A stretch of DNA of 64,000 nucleotides from Squalus acanthias (Eukaryota), in NCBI GenBank assembly GCA_030390025.1, contig CM059438.1, forward strand, positions 64,110,001 through 64,174,000. Direction: 5' to 3'. Below, piece by piece: positions 11,653 through 23,353 of the stretch. The notes under the pieces are model-generated. The model had not been told where the DNA came from. It made no database searches and was given only the letters and a program-made list of their open reading frames with translations. How positions within the stretch are numbered: position 1 is the stretch's first letter; each line of letters opens with the position of its first letter. Made by a program: the position numbers and the translations under genes.

Positions 11653-13049
11653 TTTTGAAAAACCTGCTTTGCATCTCTTACTGACCTTGAATTTGTTTGT
11701 AGGCAAAGCAAGCCTTTGACATGAAGTTGAAGATTCCATTGACTGATCCTGAGGTCATGACTGGCAAAGCATTTCCCGACCTTTGGCGTTGTGTCCAAAG
11801 AGTATCACCAAGTAAATGACTGAAGTGTTGCATCATTTTGCAACCTTTGTCATACATGCAAATTTCTGTGTCTCACTTTTAATAGCAAAAGTGTGGAGAA
11901 AGAGAAAGAAAGCCAGTCATTTCCTGTTGGCTTTTTCTCAGCTTTGGGACAGGATGAACCATCACAAATGGCTGCCAGGAACATCTCAGCAACAAACAAT
12001 ACGCTATAACTGACCTCGGAATGTGTTTAGCAGCAATTTGCTCTGCTTGATCTCAGGATGTGCCCAGTTACAGCTTGTGGCCAGAAAATGCTAGGTCAGA
12101 TCTCCACTTTGGCAGAGAATAATACATCTTGTGTTACATTATTTAATGTCCCTGGGCTTGTAAAACAATGTGGGGCCAATTTTCCTCGCCTCTCTCCGCC
12201 CTAGCGGTGGGCAGGTGCAGTCCGCCCAAAGTGTCTAGTATCTGTCCAGGTCCAGAGTTGCTTGTGTTTCCTGTCTTTGGTCAATAATGTAGCATGGGAG
12301 CACCCCCAGAACAGGCCCAACCCCTGGTAAGACCTAGCACTAGCGAAAGGCCCAGGATATTAAAGCACTGTAACTGTGTGCCTGGCCGCCACCATCAGTC
12401 AATAGGACTTGAGGCCTAAGATCATCTGGGGGCGGGGGGTGGATGGGGGAAGGTCAAATAAAGTTAAATGTTACTTGCTTGTTTAAGGTACAGGTCATCC
12501 CCAGGACTCCTATACACCCTCTAGTCTTAGAGGTCCCCAAGCGAGCCCCAGTGTCTGGTTTCCTTGACTGCTGCTCTGCTTGGGTGGCAATGCACTGTCG
12601 AGGAGGGAAATGAGACAGGAGGTCAGCAAAGCCTTTTTCTGCCTCATTCACATGTCGGCAATGGACCTATTGCAGGGACAGGGCCTGCCTCACCTTCTCC
12701 CTGGAAAGCCCCAGAAATCCCAAGATAACTCGAGGGTGGTTGGAAACCCAACTTATTGGGTCTCCACCCCCTTGTTCCTGACCTTTGCACTCGGAATTAG
12801 GCACTCCTCAGGGACTAGTCCAATGAAGTTCTGTTGAACGATTGTTCTCGAAATGTTTTTATTTGTCCCCCCATTCTTTGGTTTGGGATTAAATTGGTGT
12901 TGCAAGCAATATGTTTTCTATTTTGATCACTGTGTATGCCAATGACCCTGTTCCCCTCTGTCATGTAGATTGTGCTATTAATCAACTATTAATAATTCAC
13001 AGTCATGGAACAAATGCATCAGAACGTGAAGCTATTTCCATCTCTGGAA

Positions 13050-13643
13050 CATTGCCCGACTCCGCCCCTGGCTCAGCTCAGCTGCTGCTGAAACCCTCAT
13101 CCATGCCTCTGTTACCTCTAGACAACGCATTCCTGGCCGGCCTCCCACATTCTCCCCCCTGTAAACTTGAGGTTATCCAAAACTCTGCTGCCCATGTCCT
13201 AACTCACACCAAGTCCCATTCACCCGGTTAAGCAATGCCTCGATTTAAAAATTCTCATCCTTGTTTTCAAATCCCTCCATGGCCTCGCCCCTCCCTACCT
13301 CTGTAATCTCCTCCAGCCCATAAACACTCTGGGATATCTGCACTCCTCCAATTCTGGCCTCTTGAGCGTCCCTGATTATAATCACCGACCCTTGGTGGCC
13401 GTGTCTTCAGCTGCCACGGCCCTAAGCTCTGGAATTTCCTTCCTAAACCTCTCCACCTCTCTACTTTTCTTTCCTCCTTTAAGATCTTTAAAAACCTACC
13501 TCTTTGACCAAGCATTTGGTCATCTGCCCTAATATCTCCTTATGTGCCTTGGTGTCAAATTTTTGTTTGCTAACGGTCCTGTGAAGTGCCTTGAAACATT
13601 TTACTTAAAGGCGCTATATAAATACAAGTTGTTCTTGTTGTTC
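13050..13643 (+). mobile_element. L2 LINE 3' fragment with internal deletions
   Basis: Homologous to 15400-16451 (LAGLPHS..KLEVIQNSAAHVLT) and same AAAGGCGCTATATAAATACAAGTTGTT tail. Confidence 0.88.
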
Positions 13644-13881
13644 AGATCCTCCTCAGGAAAGGTAACTACAGAGTAGATAAACTGTCATTTTATTTCATTA
13701 AGACAGATAGTTATATTTTCAAACGAAGTGCCGGGCCGCTGCAATAGGCTAACATTCTGGGTGAAACCTAATATCGTAGAGTTTTACAAAAGCAAAATAC
13801 TGCGGATGCTGGAAATCTGAAATAATAACAGAAAATGCTGGAAACACTCAGCAGGTCAGGCAGCATCTGTAGAGATATAAA

Positions 13882-13925
13882 CAGAGTTAACATTTCAGGT
13901 CGATGACATTTCATCAGAAATTGAA
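13882..13925 (-). ncRNA. Degenerate minimal hammerhead ribozyme of a Penelope element
   Basis: Minus strand reads CTGATGA-AATGTCATCGACCT-GAAA-TGTTAAC: both core boxes plus short stem II and a palindromic stem III; minimal hammerheads in Penelope terminal repeats are established. Confidence 0.65.
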
Positions 13926-13968
13926 AACGTTATAGAGATGTTACAATTTTTAAGCAAGTACAGAGGCA

Positions 13969-14267
13969 GAGACTTGAGCACATAAAGCTAGGTTGACACT
14001 CCAGTGCAGTACTGAAGGAGTGCTGCACTGTCGGAGGTGCCGTCTTTCGGATGAGACGTTAAACCGAGGCCCCGTCTGCTCTCTCAGGTGGACGTAAAAT
14101 ATCCCATGGCACTATTTCGAAGAAGAGCAGGGGAGTTATTCCCGGTGTCCTGGGGCCAATATTTATCCCTCAACCAACATAACAAAAAAACAGATATTCT
14201 GGTCATTATCACATTGCTGGTTGTGGGAGCTTGCTGTGCGCAAATTGGCTGCCGCGTTTCCCACATT
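13969..14267 (+). mobile_element. Deu-SINE internal fragment inserted in the Penelope tail
   Basis: Near-identical to the central part of 7159-7570 and 29071-29521. Confidence 0.85.
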
Positions 14268-15399
14268 GGAGAAAGTGGGGAGTGGAGGAAAGAACAAAAG
14301 GGAAGGTCTGTGATAGGGTGGAAGGCAGGAGAGATTAAATGAGAAAAGGGATGAAGGGATGATGGTGAGAGGCGAAAGGAGATGGTAAGGGGACAAGTAA
14401 AGAAACAAAAGATGGGTCCAGAAGAGGTGTAAATGGGGATGGCAGAATCATCAGCAACAGCTGCTGTCTGAAGAAATGGGGGCAGAGGTTATCGTCTGAA
14501 ATTGTTGAACTCGATGTTGAGTCCGGAAGGCTGCAAAGTGCCTAATCGAAAGATGAGGTGCTGTTCCTCGAGCTTACGTTGAGCTTCATTGGAACAGTGC
14601 AGGAGGCCGAGGCCGAGGACAGAGAGGTCAGAGTGGGAATGGGGCGGAGAATTAAAATGACAGGTGACTGGAAGCTCGGTGTCACACTTGCGGACTGAAC
14701 GGAGGTGTTACGCAAAGCGGTCACCCAATCTGCGTTTGGTCTCCCCAGTGTAGAGGAGACCGCACCGTGAGTAGAGTTTTGTCTTGTGACTTTGGTGCTG
14801 ATCAAGTTGTGGGGAATGGATCACTTTCTAGTTCAGATGTAACATTCCAGCTCGGGTTTAGCAGGCTTAGATGCAGGACGAAGCTCTTCCTACTCTTGCC
14901 TAAGAATGTGCATCAGCCCCTACCTCACAGGTGTGATGGAGAAGTAGAACCTCAGTCGTTTGATCTTCTTCTCGAATACCAACTTAAAATCTTCCCAATT
15001 GGCCATCAGACCCTGAATCTAGACAGTGAGTGTCAGCAGGCTCTTTGACTGTGAGGGACACCTCAGCCAAGCTCGACCCTGGCTTCACCTGACATTAATG
15101 TGTGGATTAGAAAGAGGATGCAGAGCAAAGACAACATAAACAAAAGGATTTGAAAATAGATTCAGAAATAAAAGCTGATGGAGAGAAGGAAGAGACAGAC
15201 CACTGCTTTTCTTTCAGATGTCCATTATCTATAGGGTTACTTTTTGGTGTTTTGCTTTTAAAAAATGGCATATTTCATTGTCTACTTTAGTGACATAAGG
15301 AAATGTAAAGATTGATCAGTAATTATAAAAGGATGAATATGAATTGGAATAAAAATTAACAATGTAATTGTTATGCTGGAAAATTGTACTTATTGTACA

Positions 15400-16451
15400 A
15401 GGATCTATCCTTGGCCCCCTCCTATTTCTCATCGACATGTTACCCCTTGGCGACATCATCCAAAAACACAGCATCAGTTTCCACATGTACGCTGACGACA
15501 CCTAGCTCTACCTCACCACCACTTCTCTCGACCCCCTCCACGATCTCTAAATTGTCAGACTGCTTGTCCGATATACAGTTCTGGATGAGCAAAAATTTTC
15601 TCCAATTAAATATTAGGAAGACCGAAGCCATTGTTTTCGGTCCCCGCCACAAACGCCGTTCCCTAGCCACTGACTCCTTCCCTCTCCCTAACACCTGCCT
15701 GAGGCTGAACCACACTGTTCGCAACCTTGGTGTCATATTTGACCCTGAAATGAGCTTCCGACCACATATCCACAGCATAACAAAGACCGCCTACTTCCAC
15801 CTCCATAACATCGCCCGTCTCCGCCCTTGCCTCAGCTCATCCGCTGCTGAAACCCTCATCCATGTCTTTGTTACCTCTAGACTTGACTATTCCAATGTAC
15901 TCCTGGCTGGCCTCCCACATTCCACTCTACGTAAACTTGAGGTCATCCAAAACTCGACTGCCCATGTCCTAACTCGCACCAAGTCCTGTTCGCCCATCTC
16001 CCCTGTGCTCGCTGACCGACATTGGCTCCCGGTTAAGCAGCGCCTCGATTTCAAAATTCTCATCCTTGTTTTCAAATCCCTCGCTCCTCCCTATCTCTGT
16101 AATCTCCTCCAGCCCCACAACCCCCCGAGATATCTGCGCTCCTCTAATTCTGCCCTCTTGAGCATCGCTGATTATAATCGCTCAACCATTGGTGGCCGTG
16201 CCTTCTGTTGCCTAGGCCCTGAGCTCTGGAATTCCCTGCCTAAACCTCTCCGCCTCGCTACCTCTCTTTCCTCCTTTAAGACGCTCCTTAAAACCTACCT
16301 CTTTGACCAAGCTTTTGGTCACCTGCCCTAATTTATCCTTATGTGGCTCGGTGTCAAATTTTTTGTCTTAAAATACTCCTGTGCAGCGCCTTGGGACGTT
16401 TTACTACGTTAAAGGCGCTATATAAATACAAGTTTTGTGGTTGTTGTTGTT
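15400..16451 (+). mobile_element. L2 LINE 3' fragment (RT motif region to tail)
   Basis: DNA encodes FHMYADDT in one frame, then NFLQLN..KTEAIVFG...RLDYSN...LLKTYLFDQAF (ORF 15384-16331); (TTG)n tail. Confidence 0.93.
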
Positions 16452-17726
16452 ATTATTTGAAATACTGCTTGTGTGCTTTCGAATATTGAAGTGGAAGGGA
16501 GAGGTTATATAGCAAAACAGCACACACCATCTTTACAAAGAGTATGGGGAACAATTGAAGCTTAAAACAAGAAACTAATAAAGAAAAGGTCTCTTGCGTC
16601 AATGACCAATAAAACTTCCAACTTCATTTCTTTCCACCATGGGTGAAATGCGGTACGACATTAGCATGCAAACGCAGCCAGGTGTTCATCTGAAATGATC
16701 GTGCCTGCTATTTTAAGGTGCTAACCCTTTTAAAATGAATGGGTTAACGCCTGTGGCAACAGAGCGAGCAAAGGATTTTCGTAGGAATAATTGACACGTT
16801 TGAACACTGATAATTGTGGAATGCTATTCTGCTCCGCTGGACTTTTCAGCGATTGGTATCTAAATTGGCATGAACGTAATTCAATTTTTTTCTGCCTCAG
16901 TTTAACATTTTTCATGCATTAGCTCTGTGTCTTTGCAGATAATGGGGAAGAAGGGTCTAAGCGTTGAACCGCACAGTAGCGATAGCTCTCTGCATAATTT
17001 ACAGTGAAGTCAATATTGTGAGATTTTTTAAGAGTCTGTGGGATTGATTGGCTTTTCTTGTCGTGGATGCACAAAGAATCGAAAATGATAGGAACTATTT
17101 TGTGTTGTGCAGACCTACTGAAGAGAATCTGAAAGACACCAAATGTGGCAAGAGAGTTCTGTTCGAGATCACTCACATTTTCATTCTAATAAGACAGGTG
17201 ACAGATTTATGCCAACCTATGCAGCAGTTTGATGGGCTTCAGCATCTTGCGTAAAATAATATTAAGCATTGACTTACTGTGAGCAGAAGTAGGACTGACT
17301 TCTTCGAGTTAGTCAAGGCACATCTAATTGCGCTGATTTATCACACTCAGACATGCTGGGAGAATCCAAGTGTGCCTCTTTTCTGTGAGCGTGAAATTTT
17401 GCAAACGTCAAGCTGAGGAATGTCTGCGTTTCAAATTCACCGTGCACTTGCCTTAGGCTCCTCGGGGGTCAAATCAAATCTACTTCAATGGGATGAAGGC
17501 CTCCTCTACCAGCTGGTTATCAGAGTCCGACATGAAATAGGTTTGAGCCGTCTGACCCCAGCTAACTGAGACCAGGGGTTTGATTTTAGACTTTGTTATG
17601 GGCAGGCAGGCAGGGCAGGCAGGGCGGAATGGAGTGGCAAATAGCGTGCAGTTGGCAAAGGTCTGTCCTGACTGATGTCCTCCTATTCTTCAACCAGGTC
17701 AGGGTTGGAGCCACTTCTTAGTCACC

Positions 17727-18140
17727 TAGAAACATAGAAACATAGAAAAATAGGAGCAGTAGTAGGCCATTCAGCCCTTCGAGCCTGCTCCGCCATTCAA
17801 TATGATCATGGCTGATCCTCTATCTCAATACCATATTCCTGCTCTCTCCCCATACCCCTTGATGCCTTTTGCGTCTAGAAATCTATCTATCTCCTTCTTA
17901 AATATATTCAGTGACTTGGCCTCCACAGCCTTCTGTGGTAGAGAATTCCATAGGTTCACCACCCTCTGAGTGAAGAAATTTCTCCTCATCTCAGGCCTAT
18001 ATGTCCTACCCCGTATCCTGAGACTGTGACCCCTCATTCTAGAGCCCCTAGCCAGGGGAAACATCCTCCCTGCATCCAGTCTGTCTAGCCCTGTCAGAAT
18101 TTTATACGTTTCAATGAGATCCCCTCTCATTCTTCTAAAC
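17727..18140 (-). mobile_element. CR1 LINE 3' end
   Basis: ORF 17825-18130 MRGDLIETYKIL...IKGYG; TAGAAACA-repeat tail. Confidence 0.92.
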
Positions 18141-18784
18141 CTGGCCCCTTCACCCTTGGGAAAAGCTATTAAATGGTTAGGGTGCCTTTTTCGAGGATCT
18201 CCAAAGAAGAGGAGTAGGGCAAACCATTACCTGTGGAACCAGGGTTATTGGAGCTGAATGGTGCTCTTGATTCTCCACTCATACCACAATACAATTTCTC
18301 AAGACTGCTCTGTACTTTCAACACGTACCAGGGGTCACGTCAATGAGACAACTATCCACACAGTATACATAGAATTACATTGGATTACGAGTTGCCTCTG
18401 GACGCATCTTGCTGTTCATTTTGCCACAGAGTAAGTTTTATTTTTAAAAAGGGCCCAATTTCGTCGCAGAGAACTAGACTCGCAGTTAATGAAATAGCTT
18501 ATAGCTGTTCTTAAAGTAAATTGATTATATGTAATTACAACTAGCATGAGAAGAAATATTCAATAGTGCAGAACATTTCTGAATCCTTTTAACACGAGAG
18601 AAAAGTTTCATCAAATGAGCTTTCTTATTTCCTGTATCATGTTACACATGTTTGAACTCTCTTATATTGCTGAGTCCAGTATCACACATACAATTTAACA
18701 CAATCGAACCAGCACATGCAAATTTTAACAATTTTCCATTTCATTTAATAATGAAAATATTTTAAAGTGTAAAATGATTTGATA

Positions 18785-19110
18785 TAAGAACATAAGAAAT
18801 AAGAGCAGGAGTCGGCCATACGGCCCCTCGAGCCTGCTCCACCATTCAATAAGATCATGGCTGATCATGGACCTCAACTCCACTTTCCTGCCCGATCTCC
18901 ATATCCCTAGATTCCCCTAGAGTCCAAAAATCTATCTCAGCCATGAATATACTCAAAGACTCAGCATGCACAGCCCTCTGGGGCAGAGAATTCCAAAGAT
19001 TCACAACCCTCTGAGTGAAGAAATTCCTCCTGATCTCAGTCTTAAATGGCCGACGCCTTATCCTGAGACTATGCCCCCTAGTTCTAGACTCTCCAGCCAG
19101 GAAAAACAAC
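18785..19110 (-). mobile_element. CR1 LINE 3' end
   Basis: SRTRGHSLRIR...FFTQRVVNLWNSLP; ATAAGAAC-type tail. Confidence 0.9.
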
Positions 19111-19886
19111 CTGTTTTTAGGGTATAATCGATCAGTTGGTTTGAGACTGGTACCAGCTGACAGTTTGTGGGCCTGATGGAGCCAGATTATACAGTTGCTC
19201 TTTGTGCAACAAAAGTGGAGTTCTTCTCAAACGCATGTCGCAAGACCACGTCAGTGTTGGAAGAGACCGGACTGTCCTGCTTTGTACCAGCTTCTACCAG
19301 CTTCAGTTATAGGGCAGTGGGCGTGCAGCTGCCGGCATGGGAAACTACGGCCGGAATGTTCCCGTTGCCGTGCGTGCGGGTTTGGAGGTGGGTCGGCTGT
19401 AAAAATAGCGAAACTAGGCAGCGCGTTGGGGAGCCGCCGTCATCCCGCCTCCTCGCGCCTTTAACACGGGCGCATTAGCCAGCACGCCACAGACCCGATC
19501 GGGAGAGGCGGGCGACCTAATTAAACTCATCAAATGCTTGTTATCAGACCCTTAGCAGGCTTTTTAACTGCAGCTTCTGAATTTAACGGGAAGCACGCAG
19601 CTCAGGACCCTCGCCTGTGAAGGGGAGGCGGAAGCTCAGTGGCCATTGTGTTAGGGCAATAATTGACAGCTGGGAATACCAGATAAATAGACCCATCTTA
19701 CACTTCATTAGCTGCCGAAGGGAAAGGCTGTCGATGACTCCACTTAGTGCACAGATTTAGGTTTCTGCAGTTTGCAGGTCATTTCTGCAACCTCCGAAGC
19801 CACTCTCACTATGTTGCTACTCAGTATTAGAACACTGAGGGATTGTCCCTCTGATCGCGACTTCACCTGCCATCTACTACATCAGC

Positions 19887-20900
19887 ATGGGTGCCGCTTA
19901 TACTGTCTCACCTTGGTCCGCAGAATCAGACCAAGATGAGCCCAACACCACCAGCAACACCAGCCACACCAGCAGCAGCAGCAACCACAACAGCAGCCTT
20001 CTCCTCAACCACCTGATGCTCCACAGGAGAGAAGGGGTCAGCACAGGGCTGCAGCGCATCAGAGGCGATACCCCCAACACAGGGTATACAGGCAGAGGCT
20101 TCCTCAACATGAATGAGCAGCAGTGCCTCAGGAGGCTCCAGATATCGTGCCAGGTCGTCGCAAACATTCGCAGCTTGCTGGAACAAGACCTGCTGCCCAG
20201 AGGTCCTGGTGGACACTCCTTACCAGTGGCTGTCAAAGTCACCACCGCCCTCAACTTTTTCGCCTCAGGCTCTTTCCAGGGATTTGCAGCAGACATTTGC
20301 GGCATCTCGCAGTCGGCCGCCCACAGATGCATCACACAGGTCACCGATGCCATGTTTGGCACGTCAGCCAATTATATCAAATTTGTCACTGACGAGGCCA
20401 GTGTTACTGAGCGGGCGTTCGGCTTTGTGGCTCTGGCTGACTTCTCACAGGTGCAGGGCATCATCGACTGCACACGTGTGGCTATCAGGGCACCCCCTCA
20501 TCACCCAGGAGTGTTGGTGAACCGCAAGGACTTTCACTCAATGTGCAGCTTATCTGCAACCATAAAAAGATGATCATGCATGTATGCGCCAGATTCCCTG
20601 TCATGGCTCTTTCGTGCTGCACTAGTCCACTCTCCCTCAGCTCTTCGCACCGCCAAACACACTTACTAGCTTGCTGCTTGGAGACAAGGGCTATCCACTG
20701 AAGACGCGTCTCATGACACCCCTGAGGAGGCCAAGTACTGAGGCCGTGGAGCATTATAATGAGAGCCACATGTCCACCAGATGTGTAATAGAGCAAGCAA
20801 TAGGCATGCTGAAGATGCACTTCAGATGCCTTGACAGGTCTGGAGGAGCCCTTCAGTACGCACCATCCAGGGTCTCCAGAATCATTGTTGTTTGCTGCGC
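19887..20900 (+). pseudogene. Harbinger DDE transposase (HARBI1-like), frameshifted and 3'-truncated
   Basis: Motifs [71 protein letters not shown] across ORFs 19887-20573 and 20671-21006. Confidence 0.9.
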
Positions 20901-21149
20901 GAGCACCTTACTGCAGAGCAGTGGGACGATGATGGCCCAAGTCAACATTTACATCCCTCCTGGAGAGGAGGTCTATGAGCACCTGCCATCTGTTGTCCAC
21001 AGCTAGCAAGTGCTCATGTGAGTGGCGCATTTGCAGGTGGCCATCCTTTGGAACAGCAGGGATGTGGTCAGGAGGATCTGGATCAAGTGCAGGAAGCGTT
21101 TCAATGATCTCGATGTCAGGAAAGGTGAGTGCAATGCCACACTCACCTT

Positions 21150-23353
21150 ATCATCGCCTGCGACATGGTGCTGCTCATGTTGGAGATGGACTCCTCCATT
21201 CTCTGAACATTTGCAGACATCGTGGCTACAAAAGATGCCAGAGCCTCATGCAATTGTTGCTGTCCCTCCAGGATCGCCCTCTTTCTGGATGGCCCCCGAG
21301 GCTCAGCATCTGCATGCAGCTCAACAGAGCTTGGAGCATCCTGCGCCCTTCAGCGAGGAGTCTCCATGGCTGTCCATGTCAACACCATCCGCTCTTGCTC
21401 ACTTGTGAAGTGTGAGACACCAGGTGACAACTCTACGCTAACTCGCACAGGACCCACCGAGGTGTGCGTATCTGCGCTGGTGCTGGGTGCGCTTGGGCCT
21501 GGTGACGCTGCACTCTCAGAGGGTGCAGGTTCCTATGTGTTGTCATTTTCCTCCTCCGGCTGGACAGTGGGGGTGGCAGTTGTTGGACCTGGGGAAAGTA
21601 AAGAAATGAATTAGAAATGTTATAATAAGCATGGGTAATGTTACTGACATGAATCTTGTATGAAATAATACTGGGCGGCCTGCTGGTGGTGCTGTCCAGG
21701 GAGAGTATAAATACTCGGGCATGGGCCCAGCTTGCTCAGGACATTCCTCAACAGGAACTAGTGAAGGACACAACTGCATCTCCATGTTGAAAACCAGTTG
21801 ATTAAAGCTTTGTTTAACGCTTAGACCAAGTGCCTAGTAGTTTTTTTACGTCAGTTACCATTAGGCACATGATGACATTTCACTGGCTGCTGACATCAAT
21901 AGCCATATGGATGACTGTTGTACGCCATGTGGCTTTTTAAGATGTGATTCTGTCACCAGTTTGCTGGGATGTGCCCCTCCCTCAGTCTCCCACCGCCAGC
22001 ATTCTCTCGAGCTCCAGAAATTTCCAGAGCCGCCTCCTCTGCTGCTGTGAGATGTGCAATCACTGGAGGGCCACCTCTGGTTCTCTGCCTCTCTCTGTTG
22101 TTGTGGGCTCTCTTCTCCTGCAAGGAGGGAAACAAGAGAAGTTTGAGTGAGAATGATGGAATGAGCGTAAGGAATGGATGGGTAACATCTTTAGAGGGAG
22201 ACTGTGAGGGAGTGAGGTGGCAATGCCAAGTGGCCTCCTTGTGTGGTGTTAGTTGGTATGAATGCATTAGGATGAGGGTGAGTGTGAGGGGTGGCTAGTC
22301 AGATGGGGATGTGAGTATGTACATAGAGAGAGAGGGATGGGTGGATGTGCAAGGTATGTTGGTGTGAGGAATGATGTGCAGGAGCAGGCTTGGGAAGGCA
22401 GAGTGATGGGAATGTGGTGACAGGCACATCAGGATGAAGGTGAGTGTGGCATTGCACTCATCTTTCCTGACATCGAGATCATTAAAACGCTTCCTGCACT
22501 GGATCCAGGTCCTCCTGAACACATCCCTGCTGCTGACCTCCTCAGCAATATCCAGCCAGGCTCTCTTTGTTGCTTGTTACTTCCACCTCTGTAACATCGC
22601 CCGTCTCCGCCCTTGCCTCAGCTCATCCGCTGCTGAAACCCTCATCCATGCCTTTGTTACCTCTAGACTTGACTATTCCAATGCACTCCTGGCTGGCCTC
22701 CCACATTCCACCCTACGTAAATTTGAGGTCATCCAAAACTCGGCTGCCCGTGTCCTAACTCGCACCAAGCCTTGCTCGCCCATCACCCCTGTGCTCGCTG
22801 ACTTACATTGGCTCCCGGTTAAGCATCGCCTCGATTTCAAAATTTTCATCTTTGTTTTCAAATCCCTCTATGGCCTTGCCCCTTCCTATCTCTGCAACCT
22901 CCTTCAGCTCCACAACCCCCCGAGATATCTGCGCTCCTCTAATTCTGCCCTCTTGAGCATCCCTGATTATAATCGCTCAACCTTTGGTGGTCGTGCCTTC
23001 TGTTGCCTAGGCCCTAAGCTCTGGAATTCCCTCCCTAAACCTCTCTGCCTTGCTACCTCTCGTTCCTCCTTTAAGACGCTCTTTGACCAAGCTTTTGGTC
23101 ACTTGCCCTAATTTATCCGTATGTGGCTCGGTGTCAAATTTTTTGTCTTACAATACTCATGTGCAGCGCCTTGGAACCTTTTACTACGTTAAAGGCACTA
23201 TATAAATACAAGTTGTTGTTGTTGTTGTTGTGGAGGTCTCATTTGCCTGTCAGCAGGGAAGAGGACCTCCCTGCGTGCTCCGACAGCCTCCACAAGAGTA
23301 TGCAAGGAAGAATCAGAGAACCGGGGTGCAGCCCTCTGCCTTTGGCTATCCAT
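21150..23353 (-). pseudogene. Harbinger Myb/SANT-like DNA-binding gene, spliced, disrupted by L2
   Basis: Exon 1 MDSQRQRAAPRFSDSSLHTLVEAV...[L2]...AWLDIAEEVSSRDVFRRTWIQCRKRFNDL; exon 2 after TTGCAG at 22117 EKRAHNNRERQRTRGGPP; a further exon near 21150-21590. Confidence 0.82.
22575..23229 (+). mobile_element. L2 LINE 3' fragment inserted in the Myb exon
   Basis: YFHLCNIARLRPCLS...LWNSLPKPL and (TTG)n tail; removing it restores the Myb reading frame RPPQ-ATKRAW. Confidence 0.92.

Larger units (their letters stand above)
13785..14770 (-). mobile_element. Penelope-like element 3' fragment (GIY-YIG C-terminus plus 3' tail), interrupted by a SINE
   Basis: 14490-14770 is the reverse complement of the GIY-YIG region of the element at 59240-59515; tail 13785-13968 carries a hammerhead-like motif. 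Confidence 0.85.

Noticed and set aside
19887..21006. Domesticated host HARBI1 gene
   Set aside because: Frameshifted, catalytic-region substitutions, and enclosed by TIRs and a TSD.
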